NCBI GenBank assembly: GCA_937625935.1
Contig: OW569357.1
Location: 434,001 to 498,000, forward strand
DNA from: Tetramitus jugosus
Lineage: Eukaryota > Protista > Heterolobosea
Direction: 5' to 3'
Length of the DNA stretch: 64,000 nt
Both the position numbers and the translations under genes were made by a program. Below the pieces are notes generated by a model. The model was not told the origin of the DNA, made no database searches, and was given only the letters and a program-made list of their open reading frames with translations. Below, one piece after another: positions 29,363 through 42,630 of the stretch (position 1 is the stretch's first letter; the number at the start of each line of letters is the position of its first letter).

Positions 29363-32300
29363 ATGGGTAATACCAATGCAAAGGGAGAAGAGAGAGTGTT
29401 GCTCAAGAAAATGCAGAACCTCTCTCCTACAAATGATTCCATTCCTCACTGGCGATCCACTCTGTTGCAATTCCTCAGGATCAATGATGTTGATTTCGTT
29501 GCTCGTATGTTGTCGTAAAGCTTACTTACTTTTTATCCTTCCATTTGTGTTTGTATGGCCACAATTAATTGTGCTTGTTTTGTTGTTTGCTAACACAATG
29601 GTCGATCATAACAACGCTGTGATGAATATTGGAATGATGTGTATCATCATAGTGGATGATTTGGATAGTTCCATTTTGAAAACATTGTGTTCTCAGTTGG
29701 CTATTGTTATTGGTGGTGGTGGTGGCGGCGATAATGGAGAAGTAGGATTGGAAAAGAACTTACGCACTCATAGCAACAGTAAGAATGACAAGGATGTTGA
29801 TGATGAAGATTACATTATGGATCAAAATGTGGATGATGAACTAGAATATCGCAATACACCTCTTCAATTGATTCTATTGAAGAGTATGACCAAACTGTTG
29901 CATAATCCTTACCTGTACAAGAAGTGTTCTGTGGAGGGACGTGTTGTCGTGTCTACTATAACACCACCATTGTCATCATCAATTCCTGCTGTGAATGACA
30001 ATAGTTCTGTTGCTACAATGGGTCATGATGATAGTGGAGTCGATTCATCATCACACTATGAATCATTAGACAATGAATTGCCCAAAATTTCCTTATTCAA
30101 GTTTCCAATGGATCAGATCATTGTTGCACCTGTTGCGACTATTGTTCAACAGGGTAATCCATCCTTCATGTATGTATGTTTTGATTGATCCTTTGTATCT
30201 GTGAGAGGAGAAGAACTTAGATCATTCGTGTTCGAACAAACAGATTGGAAGCCTTGAAAATGATTCAGTGTGTTGTTGGCCGGTTTGTTTCTCTGAATTT
30301 GGGAGATGGAGATGATGTGCGTGATCACTTTGAAGTTGTGGACAATGAAATCATTGCTGATATGAAATATGTGTTTGTGAGAAGTGGCGGTTTGCAATTG
30401 TTGGGGGATGTCTTGAAATTTGCCATCTCCAACATTGGGTCATTGAATGATGATGAACAACAGCATAGAGTAAGCGAAGATATTTTGGTGCTCACTCTTA
30501 ATATTATGCGAGAGTTTGTCAGCGATAGTGCCAAAGTATCGACGAGTGAAGATGTTTATATGCGATTTATGAGGTATGTTCACGAGTGTTGGATTCATAC
30601 AAGACATAGTATTCATTTCATGCATATTGACATGAATTTCTTTTGTTTGATTCATATTTAGGTTCTTCTGCTCTCCCTTCAACAATGCAAATTATGATTC
30701 TTATTTTCTATCTGACTTGCTGCCATTGATGTATGGAAAGCAGTACAAATATGTTCAAAGTATGCTCCGATCAACCGCATCATCGCTCATAAAAGATATG
30801 CTTCAGGAGTCAACTCCAGCGATGACCACATATATGATGCAATCCTCAGTCATTTATTTGGTAGTCTTGAGAGAGTTAGAACTGATGATTCAAGTCTTAC
30901 AGCGAGGTGACAACAACGAAATGAACGAATTGATGAACTGTATCGAACTGATCCAATTATTTTCTTCATCTATCCAGCCTGATGTAGGAAACGAGAATCG
31001 CGCAATTCTAAGTAATGTACTACCGAAACAATTATGCGCACTTTTATTTTCGGGAGGAAATCGATCTGATTTTATTGAAGCATTATCTTCGAATATTAGA
31101 TCTTCTAGCTTGATATGGAATGACACGACTAGAAACGAGCTGTTTACCTTCGTTGTCTCTGAAACACAATATTGCGAGAAGTGGCTAAATCAATTGAAAC
31201 AAATACCGTTAGATACGTTCGATTTTCTTGTTAATGCCTCCAGTAGCATTTCACTAGAGTATAAGTCCTTGAAGAATGAGTTACAAACTGGTGGATTGTA
31301 CATTTATGCCTTAGTCGAGCAAATTCATCGGTCAAAGAGTGTCATATTTGAAATAGATGGAGTAGTGATTGACGAACTTTTTGAACAAGTGGTAGTTTTC
31401 TCAATGGAGAATGCTGAAGAGCTTACCCACATTCTATCGAGTATTAGAGTGCTCTATCGTCACTGCGCCAAGTCTTACTTGTCAACAGATCTGCGACGAC
31501 ACGTTCGAATAATTTGTCACCTCCTGGGTCAAAATTCAAGCAAATATTACCTATCAGCTTTGTTGAAGCTCTTTGAGACATTATTGCTCGTGACCAGTTC
31601 TCCCAGTTCACTTTTAGAGCATTTCTTGACCCACAAAGGTGATTCGCATCTATTTGGTCATGTGAAACGAATTCAAGCAGATTTCATTGGAACTGATAAC
31701 TCTATCACGCCATTGGATAAAACCGCGCTGATATCGATTCTCTCTATTATCTGTCGCTTATGTGCAGTGATTCCTCGATTCACGATGAAACTACTTGAAG
31801 ATGATACATATCATTCCACGATCATCAATTCTCTTTTACTAAAGGACTTGGATGTGACAGATGCCACATTGGTATTTGTGGAAAAATGGATAGAATCTGC
31901 GAAGCCATTCAGCTTGGAATTCGAATCATGTCTCTATCAGACTGGTATATTCGAGTTCTTGCTGTATAATCTAAAGGTTGGCTGCACGCGCACAATGGCT
32001 ATTTTCTTGAGTGTGTTCGAATCGAAGCAAGAAGGCCATGAATCCTACCTTAATCGTCTATTGCCTTCTCGTATCACTTCTCTGTTGTATAAGCCGATTA
32101 GAGGTTGGGCATATGGGGATAATATTGACCATTTTTGTAATCTCTTCAATGGCAAGGGTTCTCCATTTTCTCTCTGGTCTCAAAGCGATGCTCTCGCATT
32201 GCACTCCAACATTGACAAATCACTACTTGGTTATATCAGAGATTTCCGTGGTGATGCGCGATTTACGTCTAGTTCAACAATAATTGAGTATGAGCAGCCC

Positions 32301-33506
32301 GAGAATCAAGTTGAAATTAATGGTTTTTATGTGAGTCAGATTGCACAAATGGAAGATGAGGACTTGGTGGATATATCAGAGCCAGAGGTATTGTTGCAAC
32401 AATTAATTCGCTACAGTTGTGAACACAAAATGAATCAAACAATCTTGGAAGCACAAATTAAATTGTTCAGACAAATTTCTGGGGATACTCGCTCCATTCC
32501 CTCTGAAGTATGTAAATATCCGCTGTTCCCGCAGCTGCTCCAAGATTTTGTTGGCTTTGTGACTAAGGTGAAAGGGGAATCAGTTGGCCAACATAAAACC
32601 AAGAAGGGACGAAAACAAAAGGTCTCAAAAGAAGCCACAGAAGGGGATCAACAAACGGAGAATGACACAATTCTTCTTTCTGAATTATTGGCAACGATAT
32701 TTGAACTTCCAGATGATATCTCCAGGGATAACAAGCTTTTGTTTATGCTTGAACACCAAGGCTTTTCGATTCTTTCGGATCAAATATCAGATGTTCTATC
32801 TCACAAGTGCTATTCGACATTAATCAACATGATTCGAATCATGTCTTCTCTGAGCACAGTGCTTTCTCACATGGAAATTGGTCCTGATGTTATGCCGTCG
32901 AACGTTTACTCTCGCCTGAGTGTCTTGTTTTCCAGCGACATGGTATCGAATAACCCTGAGCTTGCTCTGTGGGCCATCACAGCTGAAACTCAACTAATTC
33001 AACGTCGATTTAGTACTGAGCCAATTAGTGAGCTAACAATTCGAGAGAATGCATCTTTCTTCGTTAGGTTGCTTGAAGTCGGCATCTTGTATCGTCAATT
33101 CAACTCTTCAGGGGACGAAGACGGTGACTTGAGTCAAATGAAGAAGTCCGTGTGCTTGACAGCTATTCAATTATTGCAAGCCGTGTGTGTCAGGGAGCAA
33201 GGCAACACGTTGAAACAACTAGTTCAAAGATGGTTATCAAAGAAGGTGTTTGACCTGTTTCAGAGTGTTCCCAACCCACTCAGAAAGAGGTTGAACCATG
33301 ATGATGTCGAAGAAGAACCCGTTATGAGTCTAAACAACTTTTTTGAATTTGTCAGATGTGATCCACGCTTTGCCTCCTACGTGTGGAACGAGAAGATGAG
33401 AACACTGCTGCAAGAATTTGTGACCCAGTTTTACGCACAGAACCCGAGTGGTAACTCGTTCTGGGAGGAGTTTAGCCTCCGTTTCTCAAACGAATCACAG
33501 CAATAA
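29363..33506 (+). CDS. RME-8/DNAJC13-like IWN-repeat alpha-solenoid protein lacking a J-domain; exons 29363-29504, 29653-30169, 30244-30573, 30662-33506
   Basis: Three GTATGT..AG introns with matching phases join the ORFs. Motifs SSLIWNDTTRNEL, Y.SLKNELQTGGLYI, SYLNRLLP, KYPLFPQLL, YVWNEKMR; MGN start. Confidence 0.7.
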
Positions 33507-33689
33507 AGTCTAAGTCACCATCCATTTGCATCAACAGCCCACTCTCCTGTCCTTCGTTCCCTGTGTGACTGATCCAGAAGGTAGTGGATGGATCTGAAAA
33601 AGAAATCAACCAAGACGAAGAAAACGAAGGAGAATATCTGTTGAAGAGATTACGTCGTATCGACGAATCACAAGTTTATCTTGTGGTTT

Positions 33690-34361
33690 CTATCTCATCG
33701 CGGCCAGAACTGCTATGAACACTAATATATACATCTTGTGCAGTGAAACAAAATATGAAGAGTTTCCCGGTGAGGAGGAACAAGTTGTTTTTGCAACATA
33801 TGGCTGATTCTTGTCATTTCCACCTGGGCCATAATTGCAAACAACAGTATACTTGTAGGCCACATTGCCACAGTACGCTCTTCCACATCCAACTTTAAGT
33901 GATTTAGCCCACACCACCTGTGTGTAATGGCTACAGACCTTACCTGTTCGACACGTATTGGTCTCCAAATTATAGTACTGCTTCTCGCTGTCCCAGAGAG
34001 TTACCGGCTGACTTAAGTCTGTAACTTCAGCTGTGGAGGCAAAGATATTCTCACCAATGTCGAACACATAACCTAAAGAGCGCTTCGGATTGTGATCAAT
34101 GATATACCTTGAAGAGGCAGTGCAAGAATTAACCCAATTTTGCGCAGTAGCTGCCAAGTCGTCATCCCAAACTAGATCAGGCATGGTTTGAGCTGCAGGA
34201 TATACAGCGGCTCTGGCATTGTTGTGTGCTGCGAGAATGGCAACTTTTTCTTCGGAACTCAGTGGACATGGAGTTTTTGTGATCTCGTGGCAACTCATCT
34301 GATGTGACGTGAGCAAAAGAACGAGTAGAATCAACGACCGAATGTTCATATTATTATTCAT
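33690..34361 (-). CDS. CAP/SCP (PR-1-like) secreted protein with hydrophobic C-terminal tail (possible GPI anchor)
   Basis: Signal peptide; LAAHNNAR, LVWDDDLA..AQNW, IGENI, CSHYTQVVW, VGCG, VVCNYGPGGN. Confidence 0.93.
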   Translation of the reverse strand: MNNNMNIRSLILLVLLLTSHQMSCHEITKTPCPLSSEEKVAILAAHNNARAAVYPAAQTMPDLVWDDDLAATAQNWVNSCTASSRYIIDHNPKRSLGYVFDIGENIFASTAEVTDLSQPVTLWDSEKQYYNLETNTCRTGKVCSHYTQVVWAKSLKVGCGRAYCGNVAYKYTVVCNYGPGGNDKNQPYVAKTTCSSSPGNSSYFVSLHKMYILVFIAVLAAMR

Positions 34362-34825
34362 GTTGTTTGTTTGTGATTGGATTTAATGACTTAGGTTCAC
34401 ATACCCATGCGAAGCTTTTATGCCTGTTCACTTGACATGTGCGAATCCACTCAACCGCCAGAGAGCGGAATGATTCTCAATGGCTCTTCAGTACTTCTGT
34501 CGTTGATCAACAACTCTTACGAATCATGCATCACCACCTTACTTGAATTACAGCGTTATTAACATACTCCAACAGAACAGTACAGCAATGCATCCATCAA
34601 TTGATTCGTTCTATGCAATACAACGACAGACGACTTGAACGAGTTGATTCCGAACGAATCCTTTGCGCCTTGCGTACTCCATATCGACCACAAGTGCATG
34701 GACAACACTTGAACTTGATCTTATCACACGAGCTCCAATACAACACCCACCGGACCCGAACCAATTTCTGTTTCTCCGCTCCTTTCCCATTTGTTGAATC
34801 TTCAATCTCAAACAGACCAAAAGAA

Positions 34826-35734
34826 ATGCACAAGAAAGTGGACAAGAACGAGAGCATGGAAGCAAAGGTTGAGTTGTGGCACTTGGCACCTGCACCCGTG
34901 ACTAACACACTCCTCCGATTGGATTTTCTAATCACAAGATACCTATTCCACAATTTCTCCAATATTGTTCATCGACTCGTGAACAAGGAAAATGAAGCAA
35001 GGAAGAATCGGTTGACCAAGCTGTGGAAACTGTTGTCTCTGAGTGCAGATGGATTTGTTTGGGCTCTATTGTTGTCTCTATCCTACCTCTGTAGCTATGC
35101 TTATTCTGTTAGTAATGATGAGGGTGGTGGTGGTGATGGTGTGACAGTAAGAAGGTCGCACGACAACAATTCAGTGTTTGTTCATGTGAAATTTTTCATG
35201 TTTTGCTGGTTGAGTAACGTGTTGCTTGTTGCCAGTTGTAAGCTATGGTTGAAGAGAGTGAGGCCACATGGTCACTCTTGGTTCTATCATCCTGGTTGGT
35301 CGCCTTCCGAACGCGATCTCAAGAATGGTGCTGGTACGGCACCACAGAGCAAGCTGAAAAAGCTTGGAAGATCCATACGATCCATTCGCACGGTGCTTGA
35401 ATCAAAAACTCCTGATCAATACAGTCTCCCCAGTGGTCACTCATCGAGCAGTATGCTCATTTGTGTGCTACTGATGAATCACCTGACACATTTCACTCAA
35501 AACACGACAGCCGTTTGGAAGGAAGCTCACTTTTTGATGTTCAATGTGTGTGCAATGGTGCTACTCTTTGGTTGGGTGTTGCTCGTGGGAATGTCGCGCA
35601 TCTGCACTGGAAAGCACTTTCTATCCGATGTTGTCCTTGGATACGGCATTGGTTTGACTGTTGCCATGAGTGGCATCACTCTACGTTCTCTATATCCTCA
35701 TTCATTCATCGATAACAATCAATTTTTATTTTGA
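34826..35734 (+). CDS. PAP2-family membrane lipid phosphate phosphatase
   Basis: Three PAP2 motifs: KLWLKRVRP, SLPSGH, SRICTGKHFLSD; several TM helices. Start approximate. Confidence 0.9.
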   Translation: MHKKVDKNESMEAKVELWHLAPAPVTNTLLRLDFLITRYLFHNFSNIVHRLVNKENEARKNRLTKLWKLLSLSADGFVWALLLSLSYLCSYAYSVSNDEGGGGDGVTVRRSHDNNSVFVHVKFFMFCWLSNVLLVASCKLWLKRVRPHGHSWFYHPGWSPSERDLKNGAGTAPQSKLKKLGRSIRSIRTVLESKTPDQYSLPSGHSSSSMLICVLLMNHLTHFTQNTTAVWKEAHFLMFNVCAMVLLFGWVLLVGMSRICTGKHFLSDVVLGYGIGLTVAMSGITLRSLYPHSFIDNNQFLF

Positions 35735-35864
35735 GACAGACACAAGAGCTCTTTGCTGCCAGCTTGAAACTAAGTCTGTAAATTGGCAGCAACTAAAAAT
35801 TGAGCACCAGAAAAAAAACAAGATCTTGAGTTTCAATCAAAGGACCACTTTCATCAAGATCACA

Positions 35865-36950
35865 ATGGTCGGGTTATTCATCTCCATTCTCTCCGTTCTA
35901 AGCGTGTTGTTGCTCGTGGCATGTCTTCTGTTCATTTACTATTATCAAGCACCTCCAAAAACCAAGAGATCAGATGACAAGGTTGCTATTGCTACTCACA
36001 AAAAGGACAAAAACAAGACTCATCCCAAGTTACATTATGAAATATTTGGAAATGGACCGATTCACATTGTTTATATCGTAGGATTCGCAACAGGTTGGCA
36101 ATGGTGGTACGACAATGTGATTCATCTGCAAGAAGAACTCAATGCTCATTCTGAAAAATTTTCTATTCTGGTGTTTGATAATGCTGCTAGTGGAAAATCA
36201 TATACTCCAAGAGGGTTGGCCACACCAAAGATGATGGCGAGAGATGCATGGGAACTCGTGCTGGGCGAGCATGTCGGATGGAGAAAGGTTCATTTGATTG
36301 GTCAGAGCATGGGAGGCTTGATTGCGCAGGAGATGGTTCAATTGTTCAATGAACGGAACGCCACAGCGGAGAATCAAGAACTATTTGGTTCTCAAGGTGA
36401 GCTAGTGAACGATGAAACAGTGTCTATTGAATCCGTTTCGTTGTTTAATACGTTTGTGTCCTTTTATCACATTCCGTATGGTCTTCCTTTGCTGTCAGCG
36501 ATGAAATTTGTGGCTCTATCTCCATTCCAGAGAACGAACCAAAAACTCGTAGGTCATGTGCTTAAACAAATGTTCTCTGCCGAATTCTTGGCCAAAGAGT
36601 ATGCAGCTCTCGAGGAAAAATTCAAGGGAATGTTCCATTCTTCATCAGTCAACACAATCGGCAGTGTCAAGCAATTCTTGGGAATGATGGTACATTTCAA
36701 GTCTGCCAACAGTTTTGTTGAACAATTCCGTCGTCTCAAGAAACCTGTATTGATTGTTTGTAGCTCTGGTGACATCATGGTAGCTCATCGAAATTCATTA
36801 GAGATGTTCCGGTTGCTCAATGAATCAAACCCGAACTTTACAGTAACACTCGAAATGGTTGAAGGTGCAGGTCACATTGTCAATTCAGAGGCAGCTGAAA
36901 GAGTGAACGATTTGCTCTACAAGAAATGGTTAATCCAAAACACAATGTAA
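35865..36950 (+). CDS. Alpha/beta hydrolase with N-terminal membrane anchor
   Basis: TM segment at MVGLFISIL; VFDNAASGKS, HLIGQSMGGLIAQ (GxSxG), SSGDIMV, EGAGH. Confidence 0.9.
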   Translation: MVGLFISILSVLSVLLLVACLLFIYYYQAPPKTKRSDDKVAIATHKKDKNKTHPKLHYEIFGNGPIHIVYIVGFATGWQWWYDNVIHLQEELNAHSEKFSILVFDNAASGKSYTPRGLATPKMMARDAWELVLGEHVGWRKVHLIGQSMGGLIAQEMVQLFNERNATAENQELFGSQGELVNDETVSIESVSLFNTFVSFYHIPYGLPLLSAMKFVALSPFQRTNQKLVGHVLKQMFSAEFLAKEYAALEEKFKGMFHSSSVNTIGSVKQFLGMMVHFKSANSFVEQFRRLKKPVLIVCSSGDIMVAHRNSLEMFRLLNESNPNFTVTLEMVEGAGHIVNSEAAERVNDLLYKKWLIQNTM

Positions 36951-37146
36951 AGCCGTCGCAAATTTCGGAGCTGTAGAGCGTCGTGAAATTGACATAAAAC
37001 TGTCGCTCAATTATCCCGCCAGATGACACTTGAAAAACCAAGCAACGGTTCTTGCCGAAAATCCGAACCACCTTGTTGTTTTGTGTTTGCTGCTTGTGAT
37101 CCAAAACAGACAAACTCAACACAAAAACAAAAAGATTGAAAGCGAC

Positions 37147-40100
37147 ATGTCACAACAATCATCGTTGAACGCGCCACATGCGACCAAAAACAATGATCGA
37201 CGAAAAACGGTCATTCAAAAATTTCAATTGAGCAAAATTTTTTTCCACGAAATTCCTTCGATCGAAAATCATAATGGCGGTGGCGGTGGTAATGAAGCAC
37301 CACACTCACATAACAGTAACAGTCATCATCATGAAAGAAAACGAAAGAGGTCCATCATGGTGCCTGTCAACGCAGGTGCCACCACTCTCAAATCACTGTT
37401 TGTTTCCAAAAAGAAGAAAAAGACGGAAGAACACAATAAGAAGAAGAAGCAGAGACAAAAATCGAATTTGGCTCTTGCTACGGCTACTAGTGTGCATTTC
37501 TATGATGATGATGACGAAAATGATGATAATCAACAGAAGAACAAGGTGTCTGATACGTACATGTCACCTAGACAACGCCGTCGAGGTGTACATGAACAGA
37601 ATGATAGTGTCATGTCTCTTGAGGATTTCTTTGACATGATGACTGATGAATCTCAACAACAACAACAGAATGTTGAGGATAATGATGATGATACTAGTAC
37701 GACGACAACTAGTAAGAGTCATGGGAAGAGTAAGACTGGTCAAGCGTTGCCCAACTTGCTCAAATTTCGACGATTGTTGTTGGACAATGTAACACAGCAG
37801 AATATTGAACTCGCATTCCGAGAATTATTAAAATGTATATTTTCACCGATTCATAGTCAATTCTTGGTGGATGATGATGATGATGATGTATCTGCTATGG
37901 CGACGAATGCTTCTCCTCAGAGAAACAAGGGCTCAAAAACGACATTGACAAGTGAAGCAAGTGCGATATTGATTGATGAATCGGATGACAATTTGTGTTT
38001 GAGGTTGGTGGATTGTGTGCGGAGTGCATTTGCAGGTGCTTCTGATGGTTTTGAGGCCATATGGGAGGAGTTATATCTGAGTTCGTTCCCTCCTCAAGTC
38101 AATCGTATCACAAAAGAACTTATTCAATTGAATGCCACGGATTTTGGATTACACAATTTGTATTTGAGAAAAGATTTGATTGAGAGAGCAAAAGACTACT
38201 ATTCGATTAACAATTTTTCAAATACGAGACTTTACAATACGTGGAGGGAGCGCGAAATGCAAATGACGGAGCACTTGATTGATGTGGCGCGAAAAATTAG
38301 ATCGAACTCTCCATTTTTGTTCCGTGTTTCGATACGAGTGAATCATGCGTCGATGAAATGTTCTGGAAAGAGTATGCCAAAGAATTTTTTGTTGTTATGT
38401 TTACTTTTTCGTTTCATTGTTTGTGTGTGTGATTGCGAAATGTGGTGTTGACTCGTAAATACAATCAGAAAAAACAAGTGATTTTGAATGTAAGATAAGG
38501 CTGTCCAATGACACAAAACAATTGGCACAAGTCAAAGCAAGTGCGGTAGGCTTGTCAACAAGTGCCGATGAAACTAATTATTCGATTCAATTCGAACAAA
38601 AACATATATCAGTGTATGTCGCTTACTTTGTAGTGTTGAAGTGTTGTATCTTGTAGTTGTTGTGATTGCTGACAATATATCACATATTTCAATGAATAGA
38701 GATATAACAAACAAGGAATGTGACATTATACTTAATTTATTCAAGAAGGGAAACGTTGTAAAAAATATGAGAAAATACGGTGAAGTGAGACTCTCATTGC
38801 CCTATTTAATTCAGTTGATGCACCCAAAGCACAGCTCATGGGGCTGTCATGTCTATGAAACGAACTTTGATGTTATGGAATATTCTTCAAAATCTCAATC
38901 GAACATTCAGAACAAGATTGGAGAGATGAATGTGACATTGAACATGCGAATGCAAATGTTTCCGAGAATAAGGAGTGATCATATTGCTGTGCGGGGAGAT
39001 CAAGCGCCAAGCTTCCATTTTCTTTTCGATATTATGATTGATAAGTTTATCGATTACAATATGCAGCACAGACATTCGAGGAATCGATTCGAATTATTAA
39101 CTTTTCATCAAAAGTGGTTGATTGAAGAGTATTGCAATCAACATGGAATCAGTGAAATTTATAGAAAATTGTCACTGATGAGACTGATTGTGCGTAAGAC
39201 TGACATCTTACTGCTTTCTGTGAATGAATTTAGACAGTCAATTGATTTCGTTATCAATGGTGTCAAGTCAAAAACAGTGATCGCATCGAGAAAAGAATTG
39301 GATATGCTCGTTGGTATTAAGGACGAATTGGTCAAGAAGATTGAATTTATATTGGCGCAGTTTATCACATTATTGGACGGAGGCAGCCGACACGTACTCG
39401 AAGTGTTGGTTGAACTATTGGAGTATATGCAAACGAAGAATGACATTGAAGAGGAGTCAATGACTCCACAAGAGTTTGCTGGATATTTGGAATCGTTGGT
39501 ATCTCGCGCGGTCGATCAAGACTATCGCAATTTGAGAAAGGAACAAATCGAGATGTGTGAAGAAGATCAAGAGAATATCTGTGCTGCCTCCTTGATCAAA
39601 TTGATTCAATTAATGAGTGGAAGAATCGAGTACATTATCTATTATTCATCCGTGATACCAGAGTATTTAAAATTCACATCAACAGCTATTCGATTCTACT
39701 ATGATAGAATCGCTGAGGACTATGAAACTGTGTTCAAGTTGTCTGGATTCTCTGGATATCAAATGTTATTCTTCTGTCGAAAGTTGGAGGAGTATCATGA
39801 TGAGATTAGTGAATGTCTAGGATTCAATGTCACGAAGCGAAGAAATTTTAGAACGATCGACATACCGACAATCAGTCGTGGATATGAGGAAAAGTATGTT
39901 CAAGAATTGAAATCGAGACTCATCACCCATATTCAGAGAGCTGTGGAATTGGAAACATGGAAGCCAGTTGGAGAGAAGTGCTTGCACAGTCAATCGTTGG
40001 TTGATTTTTTCACTTCAGCTAATCAAACACTGGCATACATGATTGATGTGGAGTTCATGACCGAGAGAATATTGAATTTGTATTGCGAGGCTGTTGGTGA

Positions 40101-42435
40101 TTGTGTTGTAGAGTATGCCAAGATATTGCAGTTGTTGTGCATCAGAGAGATTCTGAGATACAATGACTCAAAGCAACCGACGCGTAAAAGCTTGTTAAAT
40201 TTACAAAATTTACTGAACAGTGGCACCAAAGATGATGCGCACAGAGAAATTGATATTACACCTGAATTCACAATCAAGTTGAATAACATTGAAGCTTCCT
40301 CTCAACAATATCGACATATTGTGAAATCTGTCACCGAAGTCAAGTTGAAAATCGAAAATGATGACACGAGCGATGAATATGACGAAGTAACGGACTCGGA
40401 GAAGGATGATGATTCATCCAGCAAGGACGACCAGAGCGAGACTGAAAAGGACAATCATACGCAGGTAGACAAAGAAGATGAAGATGATGACATCGAAAGT
40501 GAGAAAACTGCATCTATTGTGACAAAATTCTCGAGCACAATGAACGATTTGAACATTATTTGTGATGACTTGATATCGTTGATCGCTTTGCAGTTTGAGC
40601 CAACGATACAATTGACTCTGATGAGAACAATGCAGCAACTTAAAAAGGACACAAAGAAACAATCTGAACTTACGGAGGAGGAGATGATTGACATGTACGG
40701 AAAGAGTGTTTGCAAGTCGTTTAAGACTATGTTTCTTGACTCTGTATTAACACCTAACCTGGCTACGCTGTCTGAGAATATCTATCACACTGCATTCAAG
40801 AAAATATTACGCTCCATATATGCCATATTCCTCAAGCAATGCGAAGATATTCTCATGCCAGATATTTCATTTGGTCACGTGTCTCACGATATTCTAAACT
40901 CGACTCAAATGGTCATTCTGCGACATTTAGTTTCTTATGTGTCTACATACTTTTCTGGCGATGGTGAAGGAATACAGGAAGATGTTATGGCAAAACAAAG
41001 ACGATTTATTAACTCAGTCTTTCGCATGTCAGAAATGTCAACAGAGAAACTGATTGAACTATACACCAAATTGACGAAAACGAGCGGTGGCAGATCATCT
41101 CCCATCAAAGGATATCATGCATTGTCTATCCTGAGTACACGACGAAAAATGGACAAAACTGCTGCAAAGTTCATCAAGGACAACACGGATCGAAGTTTAC
41201 AAATGTTGTTATTGCACGAATTTGGCATCAACAGTGATGCAGAACATCAAAACAACTACTCAACATCAGTTGTTAGCTCCTATCCAGCTATGAACGAGAA
41301 TCTGAAGAGAGGCAAGTGCTTCCTTCTTCCCAGTTTTCTGTTGTGGAAGCCATATTATGGTAAATCAACCAAGGGTGATCCATCATTTGCCAAAAAGCTG
41401 ACTGCCATTGATCGTTTCGGATGTAAAATCAAGATACTCTTGAATCATGTAAGAGAGTTGAAACCTTTGAATCCACTTGTTGGCAAAGGAATCAAATTCT
41501 TCTTGAATGATAGAACCACTGTCCGAATATACCTGGAGACCAGAAAGGCCAGAGATCAACTATTGCAACAAATTGTGCAAGAGTGCAAAAAGTTGGAAGT
41601 AATGGTTACTGTACTCGAAGCCACAACGAAAACAAATCAAAATGCTCACCAAAAGAATAGAAATATCACGACGAATAACCTTGACAGTTCGGCAATCAAT
41701 CCTGCACTGGTGCTTCCCAAGGACATTGCAAAAACATTGCAGTCCAGATTTGGAATTACAGCCACGCTCATTGAACGATTCTCCTGCAAGTGCTCAATCG
41801 GAAACCAAGATGAGCATGGCACATTGTACTTGTTCGATAACTGTTTTTGCTTCGATGCATTTGGTAACTACAGTATCGATGCGTCGGACTTGATTGCTTC
41901 ATGGCACAAGGTGGACAAGATTGACTATTACCCACAGGAAATGGAGATTGTCATGACATTCAACGACGGAAGAGTTGTTTTGTTCTATCGTTTTCTAACA
42001 GAGATGTCTGTTGTTAAGCGATGCGTGAGTCAACTGTACAACACTTTTAAGAGCAACAATGATAACTTGACGACACTCAAGTCATCAGATCCGAAAACTT
42101 ACTTTACTGCCAGGTTTGGCTTCAAGGGCGACGCACTAAACAAATCAATTGCGTGCAGTGTACCTGGTTCAGCATTCTTCCCAATCTATGGTGTGTTATA
42201 CATTGGTTTTGAGAATATTTGTTTCGAGAAGGATAATCAACCAGGTTTCATTTCTTTCACTCTGAAAGCAATCCAGTCAACTTGCGTCAAGTCCTGGAAT
42301 TGGCGAAGTAATAGCTGTCTCAGCATAACTGTTGCGAGCAGCACGACAACGGAACCACAGGTTCACAAGTTTATTATTCCTAACATGGCAGACCAAGTGG
42401 AAGAGTGGCTCAAACAGGCAACTACAAACTTTTGA
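37147..42435 (+). CDS. Munc13/BAIAP3-like protein: C2 + MUN (MHD1/MHD2) + C-terminal GRAM/PH-like domains; exons 37147-38371, 38469-38613, 38700-42435
   Basis: Two phase-compatible introns reconstruct a C2-like segment (RVSIRV...TSDFECKIRL...ILNLFK...YGEVRLSL). MHD1 motif RAVELETWKP...HSQSLVDFF, IKLNNIE; YFSGDGEG; GRAM-like GTLYLFDNCFCF and GVLYIGFENICF. Confidence 0.78.
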
Positions 42436-42630
42436 AATGTTGTAAGGCGCGAAAACATCTGTAAAACATCCAATAAACCATTCGACCTCCGAGACATTCC
42501 AAATCAAAGATGGAACATCAAGGTCGATTCCAATTGGGAACTCCGAAACGCAAAAAATATTTTTTCGGCCGAAAAATCAAACAACAAGAAATCAACAACA
42601 AAAAAGTAAAACAAAAGCATAACAAAAAAA

